From Mustelus asterias (taxonomy: Eukaryota), in assembly GCF_964213995.1 (NCBI RefSeq), contig NC_135803.1:9982001-10046000 (forward strand): a stretch of DNA of 64,000 nucleotides, written 5' to 3'. The translations under genes were made by a program, and so were the position numbers. This document shows, piece after piece, positions 49,543 to 63,531 of the stretch. Every line of letters starts with the position of its first letter. Within the stretch, counting starts at the first letter, position 1. Under the pieces are notes generated by a model. It did not search any database, was not told the origin of the DNA, and saw only the letters and a program-made list of their open reading frames with translations.

Positions 49543-50456
49543 ACTCAACAGAATGCATTCGCTGTCCGATGGAATACCGGTCTAATGCTCACAGAGACCA
49601 ATGCATACCGAAGCAAATTCAGTTTCTTTCCTTTGAGGAAATCATGGGGATTATTTTGGTCTCGCTCGCATTACTTGGAGCCTGCATTAGTATCATTGTC
49701 TTTGTAACCTTCTACCTTCACAGACACACACCTATTGTTAAGGTGAATAACACGGAGTTGAGCTTTTTGCTTCTTATCGCGTTAACGCTTTGTTTTTTGT
49801 GCTCAGTGACATTCATCGGAGAACCTTCAGGCTGGTCCTGTGCATTACGCCATGTAGCATTTGGTATTACATTTGTTCTTTGCATTTCTTGCGTTCTGTG
49901 CAAAACAATTGTTGTGGTGATGGCATTCAATGCAACGCTTCCGAACAAGAATCTCATGAAGTGGTTTGGACCCACACAACAGCGTTTAACAGTTTTAGTT
50001 CTTGCATTTGTGCAAAGTTTAATATGTGCTGTCTGGCTAACTCTCTCGCCACCCCATCCTGAGAAAAACAGTGATTATTTTAAGAAGATAATAGTCTATG
50101 AATGCCATGTAGGGTCTGCAATAGCCTTTTACTATGTATCAGGTTACATTGGATTTCTGTCTTGCGTGTGTTTCGTGGCTGCCTTTCTAGCTCGAAGACT
50201 TCCTAATAATTTGAACGAAGCGAAACCCTTTCCTTTTAATATGCTTATCTTTTGTGCCGTTTGGATAACTTTCATTCCAGCGTATGTAAGTTCTCCTGGG
50301 AAATATACTGTTGCGGTAGAATTATTTGCCATTCCCTCCTCTAGTTTTGGTTTGCTGGTTTGCATTTTTGCGCCTAAATGTTATATTATCCTTCTGAGAC
50401 AAGAAATGTATACGAAGAAATGCTTGATGGGTAAAATTGTTCCAATGAATCATTGA
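49543..50456 (+). pseudogene. V2R A' exon 6 (7TM, open reading frame)
   Basis: Near-identical to 11644-12557 with missense changes in conserved motifs ([22 protein letters not shown]). Confidence 0.88.
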
Positions 50457-51429
50457 CTCAAACAGCGCAGATGCAGACCATTCGCCTTGTGTCCTCTCCT
50501 TGCAAGAATTAGCCATTTAACCGAACTACATTTCTCTTTCCCCCATTGTCCTTCGCAATATTTGACAATTCTTTACATATAAAGTTGATGGGACTCACAA
50601 TGCAATTGAGCCAAATTTGCTTTCATGGGTACACTATTTCCAAGTTGAAACTCACGCTGCAGTGTTATGAATAAAATTGTAAAAACAATATTCAAATAAA
50701 AGAACTGGAAAAATATTTCAATTTCATAAACAAGGGGATTCTGTGTCAATGTACACTATATTTGAGATGCAATAATACGAATCAAATAAATGTAAAAACT
50801 CGCAGCAAGGAAATGCCTGGAAGATTGGGAATCTACAACAAAAGCAAAGATGCAACAGGCAAAATAATCAACCAAGTTTTAAAAAAAATCTTTGCGGCAT
50901 CCCACATGCATCTCTGCACAGGAGGCAGCCTGTCCTAAATTCCATCCCTCATGTTAGATTGTTATAATTGTTCCATGAGAACTCTGTTTTTGATGAATGC
51001 CATTCTCTTCCCATTCCCCCGAAAACAAAAACAACTTTAATGTAATAAAACTTCCCAAAGTGCTTCACAAGAGCTTTATGAAGCAAAGGATTTGGGCATA
51101 ATGCAAGAGAGTGGGACTAGTGGGCCGGTGCAGACTGGATGGGCCGAATGGCCGCCCTTTGCCCTGTTGCGATTTCTTGTGACTTTGTGATCAGACACGC
51201 AGTTTCATGAGTCGATACTGAGGAAAATGAATTTAAGCAATCCATACAACGAAGAAAGAGTGGTAGAGTGACAGAGGATTTAAGAACGGAATTTCAGAGC
51301 TGAAGACCTCGGGAACTGAACATGTGGCCAGTAATGATGTAGCAATTAAAATCGGGAATGCTCATGAGACAGCATTACATGAGGGCAGATCACAGTTCCC
51401 ATGTGGAGCAGTGAGATACCGTGCGCGCA

Positions 51430-52570
51430 TAGTTGCCCCCTAGTTGTAGAAGCTGCATCCAGCGGAAATAATGTATCTTTATCTGCCCTGTCCTTTCCTG
51501 TTAATATCTTGAAGATTTCGATCATATCATCCCCTTAAACTTCTAAATTCTGGGGAAAACAGGCCTAATTTGTTGTAATCTCTCCCAGAAATTCGGGTGT
51601 CATTCTTGTAAATCTTTTCTGTACTCCCTGCAAGGCCTATATATCCTTCTTAAGATGTGTTGCCCAGAGCTGCTCGCTGTACCAAATGGTATCTCGCCAG
51701 AGTTTTGTACAGCTTCAGCATAACTTTTGCGTCATTATACTCCAGTCCTCTAGATATAAAGGCCCGCTTTCCATTAGTCTCTTTGATTATTTTCTGCCCC
51801 TGTACGTGGCATTTTAAAGATCTATTTACTGGAAACCCCCCAAGCCTCTTTGGACATCCACTGTATTAAACTTCATACCATCTAGAATGTACCCTGATAC
51901 ATAATGTTTCGGCCCAGAATGGGTACCCTCACACTTGCTTACATTGAAATCCATCTGCCACAGTTTTGCCCATTCTCCTCGTCAATCAAGATCCCTTTGT
52001 AATTCATCCTAATATTTACAAGGTCTACGATACCGCCTAAGTTTGTGTCATCAGCAAATTTGAATATATGACTATCTATGCCATTATCGAGGTCCAAATA
52101 ATGTGCATAATTGAAACCTCAGCACAGATCTGCTAGTCACGCACTGCCATTTTGCGTACCTACCCAGTATCCCTACTTTCTGTTGCCTGCCACTCAACCA
52201 ATTTCCCAGCCATGTCAGTAATTTGCCCTCAATTCCGCGGGCTTCTACTTGAGTTAACAATCTTTTATGCGCGGCGGGACTTTCTCAAATGCCTTCTGGA
52301 AGCCCATATAAATAACATCCATAGACATTCTCTTATCCACTACATAAATCCCCTCTTCAAGAGAATCAGTGAGTTTTGTTAGGCATGGCCTATCTGTTAT
52401 GATTCCGTGCTGGCACTCCGTGATTAACTGAACATTTTAGAGATGTTCAGTTAACCTACCCTTGATTATGGACTCCAACAATTTCCCCACCACAGAGGTT
52501 AGACTAACCAGTCCGTAAGGCCCTTGTTTTCCTCTTTCACCCTTCCTGAAAAGCAGAGTGAGATGTGCAA
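51430..52570 (-). mobile_element. Old CR1 RT fragment (duplicate of 14400-15590)
   Basis: Collinear similarity with the first copy. Confidence 0.75.
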
Positions 52571-52707
52571 TAGTATTGAGTAAACGGTGAAGGAGGAGAG
52601 GAAATTCTCAAACTTGTTGTATCATTCCTAGGATGTGATGCCCAGATCTGCTCACAGTACTGAGCCGTATCTAACCAGCGCTTTGGACAGCTGCAGCATA
52701 ACGTCTT

Positions 52708-54843
52708 TTGGCCAATTTTGCTGGTATCAGACAGGAACTTTCAAAATTTAATTGGGGCGTCTGTTGGCAGACGAAGGAACGTCTGGTATGTGGGAGGCTT
52801 TCAAAAGTGTGTTAATCAGGGTTCAGGGTAAGCACATTCCTCTTACAGTGAAGGGCAAGGCTGTAGAGGAAGGGAACCCTGGACAACTCGGGATTTTGAG
52901 GCCCTGGCCAAGAAGGCACATGACATGGATAGGCAGCTGGGATCAAGCGGATCCCTTGAAGAGTCGAGGGTGTAGGAGTAGAGTTAAGAGAGAAGTCAGG
53001 AGGCTAAAAAGGGGAAACAAGATTGTTTGGTAGATAAGGCAAAGGAGAACCCAAAAAGATTCAACAAATACATTAAGGGCAAAAGGGTAACTAGTGAGAG
53101 ACTAGGGTTTCTCAAGTATCAACAAGGACATCGATGTGCAGATCGACAAGAGATGGGTGAGATCCTAAATGAATATTTCTCATCAGTATTTACTGTTGAG
53201 AAAAGCATGGATGTTGGTGAACTTGGGGAAATAAATAATGATATCCTGAGGAGTGTACATATAACAGAGAATGAGGTGCTGGAAGTCTTAAAGCGCATCA
53301 CGGTAGGTAAATCCCCAGGACCTGATGAAATGTATCCCAGGATGTTACGGGAGGCTAGGGAGGAAATTGCGGGTCCCCTAGCAGAGATATTTGAATAATC
53401 GAAAGCCACACGTGAGGTGCCTGAAAATTGGAGTGTGGCAAATGTTGCGCCTTTGTTTAAAAAGGGCCACAGGGAAAAGCCAGCAAACTACAGGCCGGTA
53501 AGCCTCACATCTGTAGTGGGTAGGTTGTTGGAAGGTATCCTGTGAGACAGGATCTGCAGCATTTAGAGAGGCAAAGACTGATTCGGGACAGTCAGCATGG
53601 CTTTGTGAGTGAAAAATCATGTCTCACAAAGTTGATTGAGTTTTTTGAAGGGGTAACCAAGAAAGTCGATGAGGACAGTGCAGTTGATGTTCTCTACATG
53701 GACTTTAGCAAGGCCTTTGACAAGGTACCACATGGTAGGGTGTTGCATCAGGTTAAATCTCACGGGATCCAGAGTGAGGTAGCCAAATGGATACAAAATT
53801 GGCTTGATGACTGAAAACAGAGGGTGGTTGTAGAGGGTTGTTTTTCAAACTGGAGACCTGTAACCAGCGGTGTGCCTCAGGGATCGGTGCTTGGACCACT
53901 GTTATTTGTCATTTTGTATTAATGATTTGGATGAGAATTTAGGAGGCACGGTTAGTAAGTTTGCAGATGACACCAGGATTGGCGGCATAGTGGACTGTGA
54001 AGAAAGTTATCTAGGATTGCAATATAATCATCAATTGGGCCAGTGTGCTGGCGAATGGCAGATGGTGTTTAATTTAGATAAATGAGAGGTTTTGCATTTT
54101 GGTAGGTCGAATCAGGGCAGGACTTACTCAGTTAATGGTAGGGCTTTGGGGAGAGTTGAAGAACAAAGTAGTCCAGGGGTACATGTTCAGAGCTCCTTGA
54201 AAGTGGAGTCACAGGTGGACAGAGTGGTGAAGAAGGCATTCGACACGCTTCGTTTCATTGGTCAGAACATTAAATACAGGAGTTGGGACATTTTGTTGAA
54301 GTTGTACAAGACGTTGGTAAGGCCACACTTGGAATACTGTGTACAGTTCTGGTCATCCTCTCATAGAAAGGATATTATTAAACTTGATGGTTTGAGTAAT
54401 AAGGAGAGGCTGGATAGACTGGGACTTTTTTCTCTGGAGCATAGGAGGCTTGGGGTGATCTTACAGAGATCTATAAAATAATGAGGGGCATAGATCAGCT
54501 AGATGGTCGATATATTTTCCCAAAAGTAGGGGAGTCTAAAACTAGAGGGCATAGGTTGAAGGTGAGAGGGGAGAGATACAAAAGGGTCCAGAGGAGCAAT
54601 TTTTTCACACAGAGAGTGGTGTATGTCTGCAACAAGCTGCCAGACGTAGTAGTAAAGGCGAGCACAATTTTATCTTTTAAAAAGTGTTTCGACAGTTACA
54701 TGGGTAAGATAGGTACAGAGGGATGTGGGCGAAAGGCGGGCAATTGGGACTAATTAGTGGTTAGAAAAAGGGGACAGCATGTACAAGTTGGGGTGAAGGG
54801 CCTATTTCCATGGTGTAAACCTCTATGACTCTATGAGTCTATG
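52708..54843 (+). mobile_element. CR1 LINE ORF2 3' part (duplicate of 15714-17845)
   Basis: RT motifs; same 5' and 3' flanks as the first copy. Confidence 0.92.
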
Positions 54844-55714
54844 TTCAGACGTACTTCCTTGACCAGCATGTTCTTAGCCCAAGTATGATAGAAACATTTC
54901 TGGACTTGCTGCCCTGGAATGAGGTAGACCAAATTGGACAAGATACTTGTGCAGGGAAATTTGGCAAGCGTCAGCATAATATCATTCGGCTTCGACTAGT
55001 AATGGACAAAAGCAATGGCCAATCTAAAGTCGAACTTCTAAATCGCAAAATGATTAACTTCAATGGGATGAAATGGGTAAAATGAGACCAAAAGACTGAC
55101 ATGAAAATCTGTAAATATACAATGAGTAATCTTCAAAGGGGAAATGCTGCAGGCACAGGCCGCTTATAACAAGAGTGAAAGATAGTGGGACCAAAGTCAG
55201 GATGCTTTGGATGACGAGGGTAATAGGGACTATAATGAAACAGAGAGAACGGTGTGAATACGTTGTGTAAGGTTTTGGGTTTGGCAGGCAGGTACAACCA
55301 CAGCGCTGTGAAGAAGCGACTTCCAGGATTTTGACCCAGCGACAGTGAAGGAACAGTGACATAGTTTAAAGTCGAAATGATGTGTGGCATGAAGTGGAAC
55401 TTGCACAAAGTGGTGTTCGGCAGATCAATTACTAATATTCTACGAGCCGTCCATTGACCAGAAACTGAACTGGGCCAACCATACAAAGTCTGCGGCTACA
55501 AGAACAAGTCAGAGGCTGGGAATTCTATGGTGAGTAACTCATCTCCAGACTTCCCAAAGCATGCTCACTATCTCTCTGCAAGACACCAATCAGGGGTCTG
55601 ATGCAATATTATCCATTTCTCTGCATGCATTCACTTTCAGAAACACTCAAGGAACTTGACATGATCCAGGCCAAAATAGCCCGTTTGGTGAGCACCGAAT
55701 CCACCACCTTCAAA

Positions 55715-55897
55715 TCAAAAGAGAAAATGCTGGAAAAATCTCAGCAAGCCTGGCAAAGCAAAGCTTTGACAAGAAGTCATCTGGACTCGAAACGTCAGCT
55801 CTTTTCTCTCCTTACAGATATTGCCTGACCTGCTGAGATTTTCCAGCATTTTCTCTTTTGACTTCAGATCCCAGCATTCGCTGTAATTTGCTTTTTT
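55715..55897 (+). mobile_element. Second non-autonomous PLE-type hairpin element with a degenerate hammerhead
   Basis: Inverted arms aaaagagaaaatgctggaaaaatctcagca / tgctgagattttccagcattttctctttt. TSD ccaccacctt(c/a)aaa at 55701-55714 and 55898-55911. Absent at the paralogous site near 18705. Confidence 0.75.
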
Positions 55898-57344
55898 CCA
55901 CCACCTTAAAAGTTGGCTCCCTTCACAACTGGCGCACAGTGGCAGCAGTGTGTACCATCTAAACGACACATTGCAACAATTCACTAAGGCTCCTTCGACA
56001 ACATCTCCCAACCCCATCTCTACCGTTTAGAAGAATAACGGCAGCAGATGCATGGGAACGCCACTTTGTGCAAGTTTCACTTCATGCCACACATCATTTC
56101 GACTTCAGACTATGTCACTGTCCTTCATTGGGTCAGAAACCTGGAACTCTCCTCTTAACAGCGCTGTGGTTGTGCCTACACCACATGGAATGCAGTGGTT
56201 CAAGCAGAGGGCATCTTCCCAAGGGCATGAGGAACGGAGAATAAATGTTGGCGGAGCCAGAGATGATCGCATCCCGAGAAAGAATAAAAAAAAGATACCT
56301 AAGATAGGTAGTCAAGTATTCGTAAATAAGTTTAAGACAGTTTATTCAGTTTATTAAGAAGCAGAAGTTTAGGTATGATGCATTTGCTAAATGTACAGGA
56401 AATCTATACAGCACGTGCCAGTTGAGAAAGGCTCACTGATGCTGGAGGATGAAAGCACAGTTGGCCCAGCGTGTTTTGGTCTCAAGGGCTTATGCTGGCA
56501 GATTCTGCTCTCCAGCAGAAGTATCAGGGAAATTTCTCTCGGTTTTCCTCCATTTTCTCTGGTCCATCTTCCAGCTGAATAAGACAGCCACATGACGAAA
56601 AATGCCCCGTGAGCTAGAATTCTTTGATATGCTTTGTTGCTCGGGCCTGGCCGTTTACCTTATGTCAATAATCAGCTCAACTTTTCTGGCCAATGAATAC
56701 AGAACAGGTACACAAGCAGGTTGATCAACAATCACCCCTGTCTATCACTTCAACTTACGGTCGCTTTTTGATTTGCCTCTTGTAGGAGGCTATTTGCTAG
56801 CTATTGGTGTATGGAAGGTATGAAGGCTTCTGGCAATCAGTTGAGGAATGTTTGTCGAGTCTAATGAACTCACTGCGAGGATGACAATCATTTGTGACCA
56901 TTATCTCTATCATGTCTTCGTCTCTGACATCTTTGAATTGTTTGTATTTTTTTAAGAGAGAGGGAAGTGATGCTGTGTCAGCTAATTCAACAGATCTAAT
57001 TCTATAGCGTTCTATATAATTCTAAAAATATAATTTCTTAAAGATCCCTATTTCTTACAGTTCTCCCTTTGAAAAGCGAATTTACTTATTGACTTCTCAC
57101 AACTAATTTTTAGGAACTTAGGAACATAGGAAATAGCAGCAGAAAAAGGCAAATTCAGCACTTCGAACCTGATCCACTATGACTGATCTCCCCCAGTCTC
57201 AAATCCACTTCCCCCCTGTGCCCCATATCACTTATTTATTAGAAATATACCTATCTCTCTGCTAACCTAGTTAAGAGTACAAATTAATTTCCCTCATTTG
57301 TAGATTACTTATCGTGGATACCATACTATCGCTACTACCTGATT

Positions 57345-57660
57345 ACAAAGTCATAGAGTCCTACAGTGCAGAAGGAGGACATTCGGCCCATCGAGTCTGC
57401 ACCGACCACTATCCCACCCAGGCCCTTTCCCATAACCCCATGTATTTATCCTCGCTAGTCCCCCTGACACAAAGGGGAAATTTAGCATGGCCAATCCATC
57501 TAACCCGCGCATCTTTTGAGTGTGGGAGGAAACCGGAGCACCCGGAGGAAACCCACGCAGACACAGGGAAAATGTGCAACTCCACACAGGCAGTGACCCA
57601 GTGGGAATCGAACGCCGGCCCCTGGTGCAGTGAGGCAGCAGTGCTAATCACTGTGCCACT
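57345..57660 (-). mobile_element. HE1-type SINE
   Basis: Ortholog of 20145-20437. Confidence 0.85.
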
Positions 57661-58930
57661 TGCATTTCACTTCAACTTAATACTGTTGCTACTAAAATGT
57701 TGAGCCAATGGCATCTCAACTATGCTGGATCCTACTTCTGACGTCATGTGATAGGTTTTGGATTCGGGAGCCGCAGATACCCAAGGTAGGCAATCGACAG
57801 CAATTTTAAGGTCATTATTAAGAGTGTAAAGAAAAAGCAGTTTAGATACAAAGCGTTAGTTAAACGTATACAATACGTGGCATTTGAGAGAGCTTCACTT
57901 ATCCGAGAGGGCAAATGGATGTTTGGCATAGAGTGTGTTGATCTCAGTACCTTGTGATGGCAATATTCTCTTCTCTAACCAAAGTGTTACGGAACTCTTC
58001 CCTTAGTGTACCTTTATCCTGTTCCATATTTCAGTTCAAGAAGGTGGCTGCTTGACAAGGAGTGCCAGCTGACGAGGAATGTCCGTTGTCTCCAAGCACT
58101 TGTTAATATATTTCTTGGAGATGGTAATTAACTCGATGTGAATTAACTTTTCAAACATGTCTGACCAATGAATAGAGGACAGGACAAGAGAGTTTCCTGC
58201 TTTTGGTTCTGGAATGTTTGGAGAGCCTGGTGACTTCAATGTAGCGAATGCATTGGAGAAAACCTATGCAGACACGGGGAGAACATACAAACTCAACACA
58301 GGTAGTCACCTAAGGTCGGAATCGAACCCAGATCCTTGGAGCTATGAGGTAGCAGTGCTAACCACTGCGTCATCGTGCTGCCCACAGAATGAGGGATGTG
58401 AATGGTAAGAGTGGGACAAGGATGACAAGGAAGGGATGACAAGAGTGGAATGGGTTGGCATGAGAAGATGACAGGGAGTGCATGAGAGGCGTAGCCTGGA
58501 GGAGGGGGTGAGATGGTGGAGTAGGTCATGTATGGTAAAACGTTGGGGGTCAATTATTTGAGATAATTTATTAATTTATGCAAACATTAGCTTTTGTGAC
58601 AACAATGAAGATTCACTAGATTTAGTTTTTTAATAAAACAGCCAGTTGAATAATAAAGCAGTGCTGATTTTATAAAGAAAGATGAAATTAGTCTCTTTCC
58701 TCCACAGACTCTACACAGCCAGACTCTAGAGCACAAGCTATCACAGAAAGCTAGACTCATAGAATGAGCAGTTATAATGTTGTTTGGAAACTTGAATCTT
58801 TAACAAGATTTTGCCATGAACAAGTTTGATCGTCAGGAAGCTGTTTTCTTCAATGACAAATGTTGAAATTTTAACAGACAAATTCCAAAGAAAAAGAATA
58901 TTTATTCATCGAATAAGTTTGAGTCCATCA

Positions 58931-59290
58931 GGGCAGCACGGTGGCACAGTGGTTAGCACTGCTGACTCACAGCGTCAGGGATCCGGGTAAAATTCTGGCC
59001 TTGGGTGACTGTGTGAAGTTTGCACATTCTCCCTCTGTCTGCGTGGGTTTCCTCTGGGTGCTCCGGTTTTCTCCCACAGCCCAATGATGTGAGGGTTAGG
59101 TGGATTGGCCATGGTAAATTGTCCATTAGAGTTACAAAGATGTGTAGGTTAGGGGGATTAGCGGGGTAAATACGTGGGGTTACGGGGATAATGCGGGGAT
59201 GGGCCTGAGTAAGATACCAAGTCGGAGAGTCGGTGCAGACTCGATGGGCCAAATGGCCTCCTTTTTCACTGTACGAATTCTATGATTCTA
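58931..59290 (+). mobile_element. HE1-type SINE
   Basis: Ortholog of 22962-23320. Confidence 0.85.
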
Positions 59291-59829
59291 TATGTAATTC
59301 CCAATTAGAGTTCCATTTCTATAATTATAAGTAAGTCACAAGTCCAGACTATTGGTAAAATTTATATTTATATTCCTAGGCCTGTGTTTATACGCGGGCA
59401 GCTTTATGCATCTTTTTTCCAGAGTGAGATGTTTTCATTCTTCTAAAACCTTTGGCGAAAGAGTTAGTAGAAACTCCGTAGTTAAAGAAGTACAGTTTGC
59501 AATAAAGTTACTCAGGTGACAGCAAAGGTGTTTGTAGCTCTCTACCTGTAAACAAAGATTACACATTTTAAGTCTGCGGAGTTAGAATGGAAAAACATCA
59601 ACAAAAGTTTTACTTGTGACTTCATGGCGAGAGATGGGGATCATTATGATTTGTTCCGCTTACATTATGTTTCTGCACCCCAGGCTAATTGAAGATATTA
59701 TTTACTTCCTTTTGGGAGTTTGCCTGAGTGTCGTGACATAGATCTATTTATAGTAGTGAGAAGATTGTCATTGCATGGAACAATATATAAGCACAGTAAG
59801 TCTGTTTGTGAAAAATAGAGATACTTTGA

Positions 59830-60053
59830 ATGCTAATGATGTATTGCATTTTGTCGGTATTTTTATCGTTATTCCTTCTTACCTCTGTGGCGTTGAAGAC
59901 TGAACCAACCTGCAAACAATGGGAAACTGACGGCTTGGTTGGCCTATCCAAGGAAGGTGACATAGCTATTGGCGGAGTTTTCGGTGTACACACGAATGTT
60001 GACCGCCCGGATCGTTCCTTTCAAAGTAAACCTGAAGCGGTAAAATGCAAAAA
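59830..60053 (+). CDS. V2R gene B' exon 1
   Basis: Paralog of 23850-24073, open, with the same gtcagt donor. Confidence 0.88.
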
Positions 60054-61458
60054 GTCAGTGAGAGCTTGAATTGTGTTCCACATTTCCAAATTTCGAAATG
60101 CCTATTCTAGTGAAATAATTTTTTGTGTAATCTATAGTTTCAGCTACCGCGCGGTGATTTTGAACGTTCGATCTGTCATTATATAAGCTGTAAATGACGT
60201 GTGCTATTCGGCGGAATTGATGCCGGAATAATCCGTTTTTAGCTTTGAGATTTATATTGCATATAGCTCGGGACATTGATGTATATTACAGAACGGGTCA
60301 ATGGCAATTCGCTAGACCAACTGTTATTGAGGTGGGACTGAAACATAGATAGATTTTAACTGTTCAAAATCAAAGCATTTGCACAGAGTTAAAATCTGAA
60401 ATTACAGAAGCACAGTAAACTGGGCTCACTAAAACCATTTGTGTGCAAGTGATGAACGTGATCATTTCGGAGACTTTTTTTTGACATTCATTCATGGGAT
60501 GTTCTCTTGAGACGGTTGTGGGAGCTCCCTTCTTGTACCACCGCAGTCCCTGTGGTGTAGGTACACCCACAGTGCTGTTAGGGAGGGAGTTCCAGCATTT
60601 TGACTCAGCGACAGTGGAGGAACAGTGATATATTTCCAAATCAGAATGGTGAGTGATTTGGAGGGGAACTTCCAGGTTGTGGTGTCTCCTTGTATGTGCT
60701 GCTCTTGTCCTAGATGGTGACGCTCGTAGGTCTGGAAGATGCTGTCTAAGGAGCCTCGGTGAGTTCCTACTGTGCATCTTGTGGAGGGTAGACACGGCTG
60801 TCACTGTTTGTCGGTGCTGGAATGAGCAAATGCTTGTGAATGGGTTGCCAATCAAACGGGTCATAACAAATTGCAACATAGGTCTCAGCCGTATGAATTG
60901 CAGAGATTGTTGGAACTTCATTACTTGTGTTTCATTCCATCCATGGACAGTTGTTTGTTAACAGATTTCCCTCAAGTTGCCCTATCAGAGGTCATGATGC
61001 GTCTTTCCAAAGTAACCATCTCGGGCTTGCAGGATTGTTACAGACGAGAATAACTGGACAGGTTGGGCCCTTGTACTGAAAGCATACTACAAGCAGGGAT
61101 ATACGCTGCGGTTGCGGCTGATATCACTCATTCATTATCGACTGCAGCTAATGCCATTTCATGATTTTGTGGTAACGATTAGAATTACCGAAAGCAGTAA
61201 TCTTCAGGCTGCTGTTTGTAAGTAGCAATGCTGTTACACACAACAGGTCAAAAACTGACCATGTCCATAGCAAGCTGAGACAAGACCCGCCCCACCCCAA
61301 CCCCCTACCCCCCCCCCCCCCCCCCCCCCCCCCACCCCCGCCCACCACCACTACCCCAATATTGTCCGCCGGGACACACATAACACTTTTCCTGCCACTC
61401 AAGAAATTGAATGGCTTTCTACCAACTATTGCCCCGATTAAAGTTCTGTTTGTTTGTT

Positions 61459-61990
61459 CATAAAGTCATAGAGGTTTACAGCATGGAAACAGGCCCTTGG
61501 GCCCAACTTGTCCATGTCCCCCTTTTTTTTTTAACTCCCGAAGCTAGTCCCAATTGCCCGCATTTGGCCCATATCCCTCGACAGCCATCTTACCTATGTA
61601 TCTGTCTAAATTCTTTTTAAAAGACAAAATTGTATCTGTCTCTACTGCTACCTCTGGCAGCTTATTCCAGACCCTCACCACCCTCTGTGTGAAACAAATG
61701 TCCCTGTGGACACTTTTGTATCGCTCCCCTCTCACCTTAAACCGATGCCCTCTAGTTTTAGACTCTTCTACTTTTAGGAAAAGATATCGGCAATCTAGCT
61801 GATCTATGCCCCTCATTATTTTATCGACCTCTATAAGATCACCCCTCAGACTTCCACGCTCCAGAGAAAAACATCCCAGTCTATCCAGCTTTTCCTTATA
61901 AGTCCAATCATGAAGTTCCGGTAGCATCCTAGTACGCCTTTTCTGCACGCTTTCTAGTTAAATAATATCCTTTCTATACTAGGGTGACCA
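61459..61990 (-). mobile_element. CR1 3' fragment specific to B' intron 1
   Basis: Minus ORF with LRGDLIEV and TRGHRFKV...FTQRVV; ctatga tail. Confidence 0.9.
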
Positions 61991-62654
61991 TAAGAGGCCC
62001 AAAGATGTGCGGGTTAGGTTGATTGGCCATGTTAAATTGCCCTTTAATAGCAGGGGGACGAGCTAAGGTAAATGCATGGGGTTATGGGGATAGGGACTGG
62101 CTGGATTTGTGGCCGGCGCAGACTCGATGGGTTGAATGGCCTCCTTCTGCACTGTAGGATTCTATGATTCTAAGTACACATAAATCGTGGAATGTTGGCA
62201 GTGAATTGCGCCATCACTATTTTATTTACCTAATCGCAAAAATGGACCAATTGCACATCCTTTCCATGCTTCAAAGATTTAACAAGGAAGTTCAATTTAG
62301 ATAAAATTAGGCAACAGTTCATCATCAAAAGTGTATGTGGAAACTTGCACATGAGTGTTGCATTTTAAATGTACTTCTCCCTCAAGCACTGAGGGTGGGC
62401 AGAGGTAATGTTTACACTTTTGATTGGTACTCTGTTAGTCTGTAAACAATAAATGTTAAAAACGAATGAACGGGTTTCAACGAAACTTGCCAGACAGATA
62501 GGAAGAGTTGAAGAGTTCTTGACAATATGCGGATCTGCATCGGGATCCTCAATTTTTAAGAAGTAGCGGCTAACATTGAGAGATATGGTGAATGAAACTT
62601 TTTTTTTCGAACGTCGTGGGTTATTTATTTAGAATGTTGTTTGTTAAAAGTGTA

Positions 62655-62930
62655 TTTATTAGTGTCACAGGTAGGCTTACATTAACACTGCAATGAAGTT
62701 ACTGTGAAAATCCCCTAGTCGCCACACTCCGGCACCTGTTCAAGTAGACTGAGGGAGAACGTAGCATGGCCAATGCACCCAACCAGCATGTCTTTCGGAC
62801 TGTGGGAGGACACGGGAGCACCCGGAGGAAACCCACACAGATAGGGGAGGGCATACGTACTCGGCACACAAGGTGACCCAAGCTGGGAATCGAACCCAGG
62901 TCCCTGGTGCTGTGAAGCAGCAGTATTAAC
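62655..62930 (-). mobile_element. V-SINE with alternative tail
   Basis: Ortholog of 26785-27080. Confidence 0.8.
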
Positions 62931-63531
62931 CAAACGTTGTTGATCGTTTTCCAATTTTGTGGATTGTCTCAGCTGCTTGTTTGTCACAGCTGTCAAAATG
63001 CGAGCAGAATTTTCACAGCAGGTTGTTGAACGTGGATTGGCGTTCCCAGTGAGATGGGAACTTCTAATAAAAGGTTTTGTTCAGCGTTGTGGTTACAAAA
63101 CTTCAAGGGGGGACGGAAAAGCCTTAACGAAGCGGCACATAATTGTATTAGCGTTGAGGTAAACATCATGGCGAAGATATGCAAAATACTGACTAGCTTC
63201 TTCAATTGTTGGTTTTTGATTGCCATCAGCTTTAGGAGCAATGATTAAGTTTTCGAATATAATGGGGCGAATTTTCCAGTTGTAATTGGGAATGGAAATG
63301 GGAAATGGGGCGGACTATGGAAAGGTCCATTGACCTTGGGCTTGATTTCCGGTTTCGGGGCGAGCGCACCCGAAACTCCCGCCAACCGTCTCAGATATAA
63401 GACGATTCACTCATGACACAAGGTGATTTCGGGCAGTTACTGCCCCTATTTGAAAATAAGTTCATTTCAATTCATTTATGTAATTTTAAAAAATCTCTAT
63501 TTTATCGACACCAAACTATATTGTTTTACAG

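Larger units (their letters stand above)
40535..50456 (+). pseudogene. V2R gene A' (duplicate of gene A), 5'-truncated pseudogene
   Basis: Retains partial exon 3 (40535-40919, 31-bp deletion, GC donor), exon 4 (41388-41615), exon 5 (49308-49431, CCFDC to CCFDF) and exon 6 (49543-50456, open but with motif damage). Exons 1-2 are absent. Confidence 0.9.

Noticed and set aside
61290-61345. Long poly-C tract
   Set aside because: Expansion of the shorter C-rich tract at 25270-25295; low complexity and of unreliable length.
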